Below, in pieces: positions 11,718-24,419 of a DNA stretch of 64,000 bases (the stretch's first letter is position 1; each line of letters begins with the position of its first letter). Made by a program: the position numbers and the translations under genes. The notes under the pieces were generated by a model. That model was not told the DNA's origin. It searched no databases and worked only from the letters and a program-made list of their open reading frames with translations. The DNA lies in the NCBI GenBank assembly GCA_951406725.2, contig OX597830.1, forward strand, positions 26,784,001 through 26,848,000. Reading direction: 5' to 3'. The stretch is from Octopus vulgaris. Lineage: Eukaryota.

Positions 11718-14675
11718 AATATCTGGGCCAGGTCTAAAACATGGATGTTTTTAGAGTTCTGCTCCCAAAAAGTATAATACAAGTCAGCTATAGAAAAATA
11801 TATTTTATTTATAGAGTGAAGACTGTCAGGGGCTGCTGGAAAGATGCTTGAGAGCTGCATATGTCCCTGGGAGCTGCAGTTGAGAACTTTTTATTCACAT
11901 GTGTGTATGTATATGTGTTTATATATATCTGTGTATGTGTGTCCATATCTTTAAATAGCTTTTTTAGGGGGTTGAAAGACAGCTCTGGTAACAGGCGAGA
12001 GAAAGGGTGGGAATTATCTTCATGTTGTAGTGATAGGGGCCAGGATATTGGGCTTGCTGAAGACATCCCCACCTATGACTAAGCTGTGACAGTAAGGCCA
12101 GGACCTTAATCAAATCTTGCAAAATATATAACATACCCTGCTTCAAAACCAATGTGGGTGCCCTCTATGTGCTCTGCTTGACCAGTTTAAACATGGTTTC
12201 AAGTTCTGGTACAAGGCCAGCAATTTTAAAGGAGAGGTAAGTTGATTACATTGACCCCAGTGTTCAGTTGGTACTTATTTTATTGATCCTGAAAAGGTGA
12301 AAGGCAAAGTTGACCTTGGCAGAATTTGAACCCAAAATGTGCAGACAGATGAAATGCTACTAAGCACTTTGTCTGGTGTGCTAACAATTCCACCAGCTCA
12401 CCACCTCAAATGGCAACAAATTCTGCCTCAAAATCACACTTTGCTGCTTTACAAAAAGATACATTAGATAGTGTGGCGCTGGCTCATTGCATGTTGGATG
12501 GTCATGGTTGGATTGCTTTTGATAATATATCTGCTCAATCTATACTGTACTGGGGCTAAACAGCAATAACTTACATCATTTATGTCATTCACTGTCTCTT
12601 TCCATGTTACTCTAGATTACATCCCACATATCTATTATATAAAATCTGTCTGTCAGTCTGTGTGTCTTCTAGGATCTTGGGCATCCTCCATCTGATTGCG
12701 CTCAAATTTGATATGTAGATACCGATGGTATCATGGCATGTATATGTCTTGATAAAATTACAAAAATTGATTCTAGGTGAGAATGTGATCGATAAAGCCT
12801 GCCAAGCTTACTATTTAAACTATGTTTATGTCCTCCCAGTCAACAGCCTTATCATTACCGGTACTTTAAACTCTTCGGTTGCATATTTGTGAGAATAAAA
12901 TCGTTTTTCTTTGGAATAGAAAAAAAGTCTATCGTTATTTCTTCTTTTGCTGGTGTCTCAAATTTAGGTTAAATCAGTGTTTCTCAAAGGGGACGGTCAG
13001 ACAAGTTGTTTTGAGAAAATTTGGTTTAAATGTTTGACAACTCAGCACTGTCCATTGGACGGGAGGCGTTTTGCTCGTACACTATATAATTATAAGTTGT
13101 ATTGTTATCGGTTTTGTTGGGGTTCCTATTCTCCCCTGTCTCATAAAACATAACGAAACAAGTGTAAAATATTCCATTTTATGTTGCTGGGGTTAAGTGT
13201 CCCTGAAGCATACAGATCATGTACACATATAATGTAGAAAATGAACCCCAAATACTCAGAGTGAAAGGTCACCTAGAAATGATATGAAGGACCACATTAG
13301 ACATGGCAAGAAGTATAGAATTTTTATTTTAGTTTTGGCTCTAAAGAATATAGTAGAGAGAGAGGTGGGTTTATGCTAGATGTGGAATAATAAAGGAACA
13401 GGGTCAGATTTGTTGCTGCATTATTTAAACAGGGGCTAAAATACAATGTCAGCTTTGCATTTCCAAGGCTGACTTTGTGTTCTTTTCAGGGTTGATAAAA
13501 TAAAGTCCCAATCTAGGACTGGGGTCAATGTAATTGACTTGTTCTCTGCCTTCAAAACTGCTGGCCATGTGCCAAAATCAGAAAAGATTATTTAAGTGTG
13601 GGTTGGAGTAATTTGGAAGCAGCTAGATAGAAAGATGAAGATAATAGCGATGAGAGCTCAAAGCATACCTTCAAGTTTTAAGAAGGTGAATGGTAGAGAG
13701 AATGGGGGACAACAGATCAGGAAAGATAGGTAAAGGTTGCAAGAGTGTATGAGGAGAGGGAGAGATGGTTAGAGATGACAGTGAGGGGTGAATATGGTGA
13801 ATGGTGAACGAGGGTGTGCATGTGTGTGTCATTATTCAGTTTTAATTCATTGAAGCATCAAACTCCCATGAGGAAGCACTTTCAGGGGTTCTCGCACAGA
13901 AGCAATTTCTGATGGTTTTCAGTACATGAGGAAGTCCAAAGGTGGTGGAAATGGCATTGCTTGTTTGTCCAGGTTGCCTGCATAACATGTGGTCAATATT
14001 CCTTAAATCCCTAGCTGTTGCAGTCTTGGAGGTCCCACAATCGGATCAGTTCTTCCTTGGTGCTTGTGTGGCTAAATAACTCATATTCATGTCAATAAAT
14101 GTTATAATGTTATGGTTTTCTGTTAAATATATACTCAATGTATGCTTAATGTGCATCATCACCCTTCATTTTCTGAAAAAACAGATGTCTAGACGGGCTA
14201 TTTTCATTCAAAAGCTATTAGCGTGGTTCACCCAAAAACTGAAGAATCTGAAATAAAAAAGAAAGGATGTTACATGGAATAATGAAGACATAACAATGGT
14301 ATTGTCATAGTGTGCAGACCAGCTTGGAAAAGTTTTATCAAAATCGATTGATAGATGTCCGAGAAATCCTAAATTTCACTCCTAAGCTATTAGTGTGGTT
14401 CTGTGTGTGTGTGTTTAATCTTTTATTTGTTTCAGTCATTGGACTGCAGCCATGCTGGGGCACCATGATCAAGTTGGTCGCTGTACTTATGCTTTCAGTC
14501 TCCTTTGCTTGACAGCTTAGTTACGAGGATGTAAACAAACCAACACTAGTTGTCAAGTGGTGGGGGAAAGACAGACACATACACACATATACATATGTAT
14601 TTATTTACATATATGTATGGATCACCACCATGTCACGCACATGGTTGTGATGCATGTTCCTGGTGTACCTCACTC

Positions 14676-14676
<1 letters not shown>

Positions 14677-14707
<31 letters not shown>

Positions 14708-14896
14708 TAATAATGATAATAATAATAATAATGATAATAATAATAATGATGATGATGATGATAATGATGATAATAATAATGATAATAATGATGATAATAA
14801 TAATGATAATAATAATAATACTAATAATAATAATGATGATGATGATGATAATGATGATTATGATGATAATAATGATACTACTACTACTACTACTGA

Positions 14897-14928
<32 letters not shown>

Positions 14929-14950
14929 ATAATAATAATAATAATAATAA
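14677..14950. repeat. Compound (AAT)/(GAT)/(ACT) trinucleotide microsatellite
   Basis: Directly visible. Confidence 0.97.
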
Positions 14951-15345
14951 CTTTCTAGTTTTGATACAAGGGCAGCAATTTTAAGGAGTGTGATAAGTCG
15001 ATTACATTGACCCCAGAGTTCAACTGGTACTTATTTTATTGACCCTGAAAGTATTGAAAGACAAAGTCAACCCTAGCAGGATTTGAACTCGGAACGAACT
15101 GTAAGAAATGCCACTAAGCATTTCATCCAGTGTAACAATGATACTGCCAAATCACAGCCTTGATTATTTCTGATTTAGGTACCAAGGTCAGCTGTTTTGA
15201 GAGGAGGGGAAAAGTTGATTACATTGACCCCCTCCCCCAATGTTCATTTGGTACTTATTTTATTGACACCAAAAGTATGAAAGGCAAAGTTGTCCTTGGC
15301 AGAATTTGAAATCAGAATGTAAAGAGTTAGAATTGAAGCCATTAA

Positions 15346-15548
15346 CCCTTTTGTTACCAACCCGGCTGAAACTGTTTCTGGCTCTGTAGTACAAATGTCT
15401 TGTTTTCATAAGTTTTGAATTAAAATCTTCCACCAAGCCTTAGTCAGTAGCTGAACGATAACTAAGTTATTTTACTAAATTCTTTGTTATATTTAAAGTA
15501 ATTGAAAGAAACACAGATCATCTCAAAATAAATACAGCAATGAAAGGT
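15346..15548. mobile_element. piggyBac-type MITE
   Basis: TTAA|CCCTTTTGTTAC...GCAATGAAAGGT|TTAA. Same family at 15726, 15952 and 25075. Confidence 0.85.
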
Positions 15549-15725
15549 TTAAAGGCAAAGCGGGTCTTTTCTTAGGATGGAGATAGTTATATTTGACTCT
15601 TCTAATAATAATGATCTTTTTCTACTACAGGTACAAGGCATGAAATTTTATGGGGCGGGGGCTAATAAATTATATCAGTCCCAGTGTTCAACTGGTACTT
15701 ATTTTATGGACCCCAAAAGGATTAA

Positions 15726-16121
15726 CCCTTTCATTACTAACCTGGCTGAAACCGGCTCTGGCTCTCTAGTACAAATGTCTTGTTTTCATAAGTTTTGAAT
15801 TAAAATCTTCCACCAAACCTTGGTCACAATTTATGTTCCTAACAGTAGCTTAATGATAACTAAGTTATTTTACTAAATTCTTTGTTATATTTAAAATTAA
15901 TTGAAAGAAACACAGAGTATCTCAAAATAAATACAGTAATGAAAAAGTTAACCCTTTTGATACTAACCTGACTGAAACCACCTTTGGCCCTGTAATACAA
16001 ATACCTTGTTTCCGTAAGTTTTGAATTAAAATCTTCCACCAAACCTTAGTCACAATTCATGTTCCTAACCCTAGCTGAATGATAACTAAATTATTTTACT
16101 AAATTCTGTGTAACAAAAGGG
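15726..16121. mobile_element. Two head-to-tail piggyBac-type MITEs sharing one TTAA (15726-15947, 15952-16121)
   Basis: TTAA at 15722, 15948 and 16122. CCCTTT...AAAGGG-type termini. The second copy is internally deleted. Confidence 0.85.
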
Positions 16122-16770
16122 TTAAACTTGTTTGTCTAATGCCCTAACAATTCTGCTACCCTACAAAAAAACTTAATAAGAACATTACGTAAGCTTTAGT
16201 TCTCTTACATAACAATAATGATTCTGTTCATACCACTTTCTCTTCCCTCTCCTCACCCCACTCTACTTTGGCAAATATGCTGACCAACGATGATTGTGAC
16301 GAGATAATAAAAATCAACAATGATGATAATAAACAAGAGTGATGATAAAATTACATGTATCATGTATATAAAATTGCTAAGTGTCAGAAAGTGTCATCTG
16401 ATAGCAAAAAGTTGATAGTAAGCAATCCAAGCTGCTTCGTCTGTTTAAGCCGTGGAGGAAAGTTCATTTCACGCTGTATGTCTATTTTATTTTAGTTTCC
16501 TTTACAGTTCCAGCTCTTTGCTTGCATCTTGGGAAGATACACTGTATGTATTGTTTTTACTGTAAATCTGTATTTCTGCCTATCTCTGTTCTGCAATTTC
16601 TCATTTCCAAGTACATACATAGATATGGTTATGTGGTTAATAAGTGGTTTGGTTTCAGTCCCACTGTGAGGAACCTTGGGCTCAAGTGTCTTCTACTATA
16701 TATACAGGGTAACTAAATCCATGTGAGTGTATTTTGTAGATGGAAACTGAAAGAAGCCTGTTTATATCTA

Positions 16771-16874
<104 letters not shown>

Positions 16875-17016
16875 TGTATATATGTATGTATGTATGTGTG
16901 CATATGTGTGTATGTATATGCATTTATGTATACACACACTCACACATACATATACACACATACATACATGTAAGAAAATGAGAAAAGAGAATAAATGATT
17001 ATCATATGAACTTCAT

Positions 17017-17100
17017 TAGGTTACAGCTGTTTCTGCTATAAGATATAGTGGACTCATAATTGAGTGTCTGGGTGACACCTTATAGCTTCATCAGAGCCTA
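17017..17100 (-). ncRNA. Type I hammerhead-ribozyme-like motif (Penelope-type, long stem II)
   Basis: Minus strand reads taggct CTGATGA a GCTATAAG..CTTATAGC a GAAAC AGCT GTA acctaa: intact core, palindromic stem III, bulged stem I. Confidence 0.6.
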
Positions 17101-17404
17101 GAATTTGAAGTGCAATCTATTTGGGAAAAGAATTACATTTTATGCATATACACAGGAAAAAGCATTACCAACAAGAAAGCAAACGTATGTGGGGGATGAG
17201 CAGCCCTTGATTTTCATCTCCCATGTATGTGTTTGCTATGCAGTGAGATAGAAACTCTAACATGTGTGAAGCAAGTTTCTCAATCACACAACTTAACTGG
17301 ATGATCCATGAATTGATATTATAACGAATGGCTGTCTATTGATGGTCTTTTTTTTTTTAAATCAAAATCTAGAATTGCATTGCACTCCATACATCAAATA
17401 TTAC

Positions 17405-17770
17405 TCTACCTACCTTTTAAAAATCATTTGAATTTTGGTCTTTACTGTTTCTCTTTTACTCTTTTATTTGTTTCAGTCATGCTAGAGCATGGCCGAACTG
17501 CTAAGTTACGGAGAAGTAAACACTCCAGCATTGGTTGTCAAGCGATGTTGGGAGACAAAGACAGACACAAACATATACACACGCACACATATGTATATAC
17601 ATATATACAACGGGCTTCTTTCAGTTTCTATCTTCCAAATCCACTCACAAGGCTTTGGTCAGCCCAAGGCTATAGTAGAAGACACTTGCCCAAGGTGCCA
17701 GGCAGTGGGACTGAACCCAGAACTATGTGGTTCGTAAGCAAGCTACTTACCACACAGCCACTCTTACGCC
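17405..17770 (-). mobile_element. SINE family A
   Basis: Reverse complement of the family A consensus, with an internal deletion. Confidence 0.85.
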
Positions 17771-17989
17771 TATTTAAGAATTTTTGTAACTTTGGCCTTC
17801 AAACAGTAAATTTCTTTTGAGTTCTTTCCATTTATTTTAAAACTTTGCTTTTAACAATTCTTTATCCATTACGTTGGCTTTTTCCATCTCATGGCCGACT
17901 GACTAATCTTTGGAAATACAGATTAATCTTTTCTTAATCTTTTAGTCTTCAGATTATTCTCTCAAATGTAATGCTTATTTATTCACATT

Positions 17990-18162
17990 CATCATCGTCG
18001 TTTAACGTCCGCCTTCCATGCTGGCATGGGTTGGATGGTTTGACATGAGCTGGCCAGGTTTGAGCCTAAACCAGACTTCTGTGTCTGTTTTGGCATGGTT
18101 TTTACAGTTGGATGCCCTTCCTAACACCAACCACCCAGCAGAGAGGACACACAGTAATGTCA
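17990..18162 (-). mobile_element. SINE family E 3' part (GAT-repeat tail)
   Basis: GGAAGGGCATCCAACTG...CCATGCCAGCATGGAAGGCGGACGTTAAACGACGATGATG. Related pieces at 32755, 34010, 39400-39812 and 42392. Confidence 0.75.
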
Positions 18163-18240
18163 TTCCCATGCGGGGAATCGAACTTGGGCCACCTAGATGA
18201 AAGCCAGGAATCCTAACCACTAACCACTAGACCACATTGA
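18163..18240 (-). pseudogene. tRNA-Glu(TTC)-derived pseudogene
   Basis: GTGGTCTAGTGGT(TAGTGGT)TAGGATTCCTGGCTTTCATCTAGGTGGCCCAAGTTCGATTCCCCGCATGGGAA closely follows metazoan tRNA-Glu. It has a 7-nt D-loop duplication and a damaged 5' acceptor strand. Confidence 0.8.
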
Positions 18241-18367
18241 TGATGTGTGCCTGCTTAGAAATTCTTATGTTATTCTTTCTTTCTTTCTTACATCTGCATT
18301 TGCTACTAGAATTTATAAATTTGTTTTTTATTCCATTATTATTTGCATCATAGGTATTCATATTATT

Positions 18368-18446
<79 letters not shown>

Positions 18447-18479
18447 TTATTATGGGGAAAGTATTTAATTTTATCCTTA

Positions 18480-19140
18480 TACTCTGCAGTTTTTAGGGCC
18501 GTATTATACTTATCCTTGTGCTTATCAAAAATCTTTTCATTTGAGGATAGATTTCAGTTTGTTTTGCTTATAATTCTTAAAAGGGCTCTTTTTATTTGTT
18601 GAGGATGGTTACTAAAATTATTTATATACCTTAAGTTGGAGTTCTATTTCTTATACCGTTCATGCAGTCTGGTGTTCAAGTTGCAGTTTATGCCTGAGTA
18701 GTTGAGTAATTTTCGTTTTCTATGGTTATAGAGAGACCAAATCTACTGAAGGACTTAGTAGTTTCTTTAATAATTCTAGGCATCTATTCAAGTGATTTCT
18801 AACTATAAAGAGTGCATCATCCCTATAGAGACCTCCTCTTAATTCTGAGAATTGTTTGTTTATGTTGTCTTAAAGGCAGATTCCTACTAAGTCAGTCACT
18901 TCTGCTGAATCTGCTGAGCCCATTGTGTTATCAAATAGATTAGGTGCATCATTTCTTGCCCATAGTTTGTTGTCAAATTCGATAACAGATTTTTGGGCCG
19001 TAAATACAATATTTATTTTCCTCATGCTTAAACTAGTGAATTTCCTGCCAAAAATAAGAGCACTGTTTGAAATAGTAGGGTTAATTGAAGAGTAATAGTT
19101 TTATATGTCTATTTGTAAGAATTTCATCCAATTTTTTTCA
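18480..19140 (-). mobile_element. Penelope-like element reverse transcriptase relic
   Basis: Translates as ..LFDNTMGSADSAEVTDLVGICL*..GGLYRDDALF.. and, after a frameshift, YINNFSNHPQQIK..LSSNEKIFDKHK..YNTALK. These are the RT core and thumb motifs of PLEs. Confidence 0.85.
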
Positions 19141-19741
19141 TTAATAATATACTCATATATTAAACTAATTCCTTTTATAATGCTATATCTACTAAATAGT
19201 GATTAGCATCTAACCTCTAACCCCTGTAACATGGACCAAACCATTAAACCCAACACATAACATACTACCCTCACTATTTCCCCCAGTACGATTGAAACAT
19301 GATGTGAACTGCAGCCTGTGGAAATTCCTCCTGAGTGTGACTTCACCTCCTTACCACAGGATGGAATACCATGGATTATATTAACACCTTAATTAAAGTC
19401 CTTACCTTTCCTTACTATGTCTATCACATTATTTTATTTTATTTTATTTTACCCTACTCTATCTTTTAACTGACTTTCACACATGTTAGTTCCCTAACAT
19501 TTGGACCCTCTGAAGAAGCCTAGGGGCACATCCATTATCCAAAACCTGTCCAATGTCTGTTCAACCCTGTATATCACTGACGGGATGAAGATAACATGGA
19601 AGTTTTTTTGCCTCATGGTAGAAACGACTGCAAGGCATTAGTACCTGTACACTCATCTATTATTATTCATTTGTTTCAATATATATATATGTGTGTGTGT
19701 GTGTATATATATATATGTGTATATATATATATATGTATATA

Positions 19742-19811
<70 letters not shown>

Positions 19812-20082
19812 TTTGAGGGAATATAAATCCAAACTTACAGGGGAAAAAAATTCAATTTAGAAATACTAAATCAAATTTCATACAATATAATATATATATA
19901 TATAAAAAATTAGAAAAAAACCCCCACCTTTTATCAATTCAAAATGAACAATTAAATTACACCATCTAGAAAATTACATATAATAGAAGTATTAAAATTA
20001 AAATAATAAAATATCAATGATTAAGTAAATTGCAAAAAAAATAAAATAAAAACGTATATAATTGGTAGAATAACAATTGGTA

Positions 20083-20127
<45 letters not shown>

Positions 20128-20574
20128 TATATAAATTCTATAATCATGAGTATAGTTATAATTAGGGTTCAGCAAAATTTGCTTCACCACATACTGAAAT
20201 TTAGAAATAGCAGTTAAACTACTATTTCACTAATTAATTAATTTTACCCTTTATTATTATTGATATTATATATATATATATATATATTCTGCAAAAGGTT
20301 ATCCTAGATAACCATATCCAAATATTTATTTGGTTAATACTATTCGTACACCCTTGTGCACACCTCAACATTGTCATTACATTATTAGCAATGAGATATT
20401 CAATCCCCTGAAGACAACAGATTCCATAATAAAATAAGTTTGGGAATCAATTGTGTAGAGTCTTGTTTGTTAGTTCAGTTGTCGTTAATTAAATAAAGAT
20501 AATGACAAAGAGCTGAGGCTGTTTTGTCTTTTCCTGCTTTGTTGTAAATAGTTCTTTTGTTTCTCTTCTACCAG

Positions 20575-20705
20575 GTTTCCTAACGCCAGGACCCTCCTTT
20601 TGCCACTTTATTCCTTACTTCTACCTATTCAGCGCAGTGGATTTACTCTCACCTCAGTCATGGGACAAGCTATGACAATTATCTCAAAAGAAGATGCATT
20701 ACCAG
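20575..20705 (+). CDS. MSRA: MSRA exon 2: (M)FPNARTLLLPLYSLLLPIQRSGFTLTSVMGQAMTIISKEDALP(G)
   Basis: Polypyrimidine tract + CAG acceptor at 20572-20574, donor G|GTCAAA at 20706. IISKEDALPG matches the conserved MsrA N-terminal ALPGR segment and is phase-compatible with exon 3. In-frame ATG at 20660. Confidence 0.85.
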
Positions 20706-22320
20706 GTCAAATTTTATGCCATTTTTTTTTTTTCAAAACAATAACATTTCTCATTCTAACCCTTCAACTTCAAATAAGAGAGCATTTACATGGTTGACAT
20801 GTCTGTTGGAAATTGTGGCCAAATTTTATTCAAATCTTTATCTACCATCTAAAATACAAGAGTTATTGTATGATAACTCCTCTGTATGATAAATTATATT
20901 GTATAAAAGATACAAAGAGGTTTTGTCAGGGTGACTCAAATAAATAGGTATGCACTCTGAATGCTCAAATTGGTATGTCACTAAAATTCTGGTTTGAACT
21001 GCACTTGAACATGTGATTTTGTGACTGCCTTTCTAAAGTGGCTAGAAGTGGCTTCCCCTTGAGCCACTAGGTAACTACTAAGGCAGAAAGGAAAAGGAAA
21101 ACAGTTTGGCAGTCCTTGCCAAACTGTTTGCTGCCTTTTTTCTTTTCTGTTTTAAATTATATTGCATAAAGTGACATAAATTTGGATTCAGGCAGTAGCA
21201 TCAATAAGAGCTTCATATTGTTGAAATAATTTCAGAAAACAAGTTATTTATATTTTGAGTTTTTCATTACAATTGTTTTGAGGATCTTAACAGAACTAAC
21301 CATCTTATCAAATGAAAATATCATATCAAAATGTAAAAAGCACAGGTTGAAAATATTGCTCTTATATGTGGGTGGGCTGGAACTTTCATTGGCTGAATTA
21401 TACTCAAAGTACAAATAATGACAAAAGTGATAAATATTATCATTTTGGACAGTGTGAATCCAAATATACAAAACGATAAGTATGAACTGGAGATAGTTGA
21501 AAATCCTTTAATTGTAGGGCTATTCACTGAGGGTTGAGCTGAAGCTAAACAACGTACGGGTGGGGGCAAAAACAAAAAGATAATTTTGTCACATCGAAAA
21601 ACATGACTGTAAAAGGTGCAATAACTGCCAGATATCATAATTCATTGCATGCAATAATGTTTATATATAAATGAATCCTTAGAGATTGTCCGAGGTTTCA
21701 GGTTTTTGTCATTTTCTGTCTAAAACATTTTGCATTTGAATCATCAAGGATTATGAGCTACAGGCATTATAGGATTAAGATTAAGATTAATCGTTTTCTT
21801 GTTATTGCTTTCATATTAAGAGATTAAAAATTATTTATCTCTACACTACACTCTGTTTGTTTGATCTTTAGTTGTCATCAAGTTTTTAGACTGGGATTGA
21901 ATCAGGACAGATGTACTGTGTGTGTGTGAGAGAGAGAGGGAGAGAGAGGGAAGAGAGAGAGGGAGAGAGAGAGCGAGAGAGAGAATGTACCGTAAGCGAC
22001 CACAGAGAATGAGGCAGTGAGAAAGGGAAGACTATGAATTAAACTGTATTAGTAGGGTAGAGGGGAGACATGGAGAGAAGAGGTAGATTGTTTTTTTTCT
22101 TTATTGGTTCATATTGATAAATGTCCCATGTAGATTTTGATACATATATGGATATAATGAGTGTTTGTGTGTGTATTTATAAGCAAATATGAGAGTGATA
22201 GTACTATCAAAATACCGTCACTAGTGGCAGTGAATATCAGCTGTACTGGTAAAATTAATAATATATTTATATATATATATACATACATATACATACATAC
22301 ATACATACACACATACATGC

Positions 22321-22352
<32 letters not shown>

Positions 22353-22353
<1 letters not shown>

Positions 22354-22637
22354 GAGGTGCAATGGCCCAGTGGTTAGGGCAGCGGACTCGCGGTCGTAGA
22401 ATCGCGGTTTCGATTCCCAGACCGGGCGTTGTGAGTGCTTATTGAGCGAAAACACCTAAAAGCTCCACGAGGCTCCAGCAGGGGGTGGTGATCACTGCTG
22501 TACTCTTTCACCACTCTTTCTCTTGCTCTTTCTTCTGTTGGCCTGCTCGCTTAGCCAGCGGGGTGGCGTCATTCGAAGGCTAAAACAATGCGAATGCGAT
22601 GTGTAACTACATCTGATGGACTGGTCGGTCACGTGAT
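22353..22637 (+). mobile_element. SINE family C (tail type 1)
   Basis: Same head and tail as 8706-9011. Confidence 0.9.
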
Positions 22638-22864
22638 ATATATATATATACATACAAAGGTACTGTGTGAGCACCTGCATCACTAAAAGTAGAAGTCAAA
22701 AATACTTCTGTGCCATGGAAGAGTCACAAAATTAATACAAGTGTGATAGAAAAGAATTCCAGTGAACAATAAAATTGTCTTGCCTTTGTTAGGTCAGCAA
22801 AAATAATGCTGGTTAGTTTGATATCTTTGCCCCTTATATACTTATATATATGTATCTATATATC

Positions 22865-22904
<40 letters not shown>

Positions 22905-22936
22905 CTATATATCATTTATATATATATATCATTTAT

Positions 22937-23230
22937 TTAAAGGTCACAATACATATATTAAAGCGCTACTAATAGTTTTGTATGTTGAGAAAACTCAAGC
23001 ACATTCTTCAGATGCAAACCACATATCATAACAAACTAAAGAAATTGAATTATAGAAGAGATGTGAAAAACTAAGGAGGCAGCATATAGAAAATGCAGAC
23101 AGTTTTTTCATGTTTCTTCTATTACTCAATTTCTTTCGTTATATGTGGTTTGCGTTTGAAGAGTATGTTTGAGTTCTCTCAACATATGAAACTATTAATA
23201 GCACTTTAATACATGTGTTGTGACCTTTAT
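22937..23230. repeat. Diverged inverted repeat (arms about 135 bp), each arm carrying a decayed hammerhead-like core
   Basis: AAAGGTCACAATACATATATTAAAG.. is mirrored by ..CTTTAATACATGTGTTGTGACCTTT. The two-arm consensus contains CTGAAGA-hairpin-GAAAC. Confidence 0.8.
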
Positions 23231-23427
23231 ATAAATTATATTTATCTCTCACCAGATGGAGTACTTTTTTTGTTGAATTTTCTATCATGGAGCAGTATAT
23301 TATATATATATACTCACAGGTGTGTGTATATATATATATATATATTCACAGGTGTATATATATATATATATTCAGTGGTGTATATATATATATATATATA
23401 TATATCATCATCATCATCATCATCATC

Positions 23428-23463
<36 letters not shown>

Positions 23464-23949
23464 TATATCCTCTGATCTGCTTTTAACTCATTTTGAATAT
23501 ATATATATACACGTTAAATTAATAATCATTATAACCCATGCTAGCATGGAAAACGGACGCTAAACGATGATGATGATGATGATGATATATAATTATTAAT
23601 TTTATATATAAATTGCTTTTTTCCATTCTGACACCAGATAATTGTCATTAACATGACTTTTATCCTTTTTTCATGAATATATAAATGTATGTATGTATAT
23701 ATATACATATATATACACACACATACACACACACACATACACACACAACTGCATGCATACATGCAACACATACACATACACACACACATGAGGAGCTTCC
23801 TTCAGTTTTAGTCTATGAAATCCACTCACAAGGCTTTGGTCAGCTGAAGGCAATTGTACAAGACACTTGCCCAAGGTGCCATGCAGTGGAACTGAACCTG
23901 GGAGTATGTGGTTGGAAAGCAAACTTCTTACCACACAGCCACACCTGCA

Positions 23950-23990
<41 letters not shown>

Positions 23991-24419
23991 CTGTTTGTTT
24001 ATATAATCAAAAAAAAAAAAAACCGAAGAAAAAGCATAAGAAGCAAAAAACAACACTGCGAGGACATGGTACTTGCAAAGTATAAACAGACACTCAGGGA
24101 AGAAAGAAAAAAGTTGTTTTACATTTCGAGGAAAGCTCTTCTTCAGAAACAGGAGACAGAGGAAAGTCCAAGAGAAAAGGAAGATGGAGGGAAAAAAATT
24201 GTCAACATCCCACATGTAATGATATACAGGGTATTCAAAATGTCTCAATGCAGTAACTATTTTATTGCGAAATAAATATTTATAAGATGGCATAAGGCTA
24301 CAAAAGAATATATTAGACTTTACAAGATTTTAAAAAACTTTATAAGAAGTGTTGAAAATGTCATCCTTCATTTTCAATACAAAAGTTGACACGTCTACAC
24401 ATGTTTTGAAATACATCTT

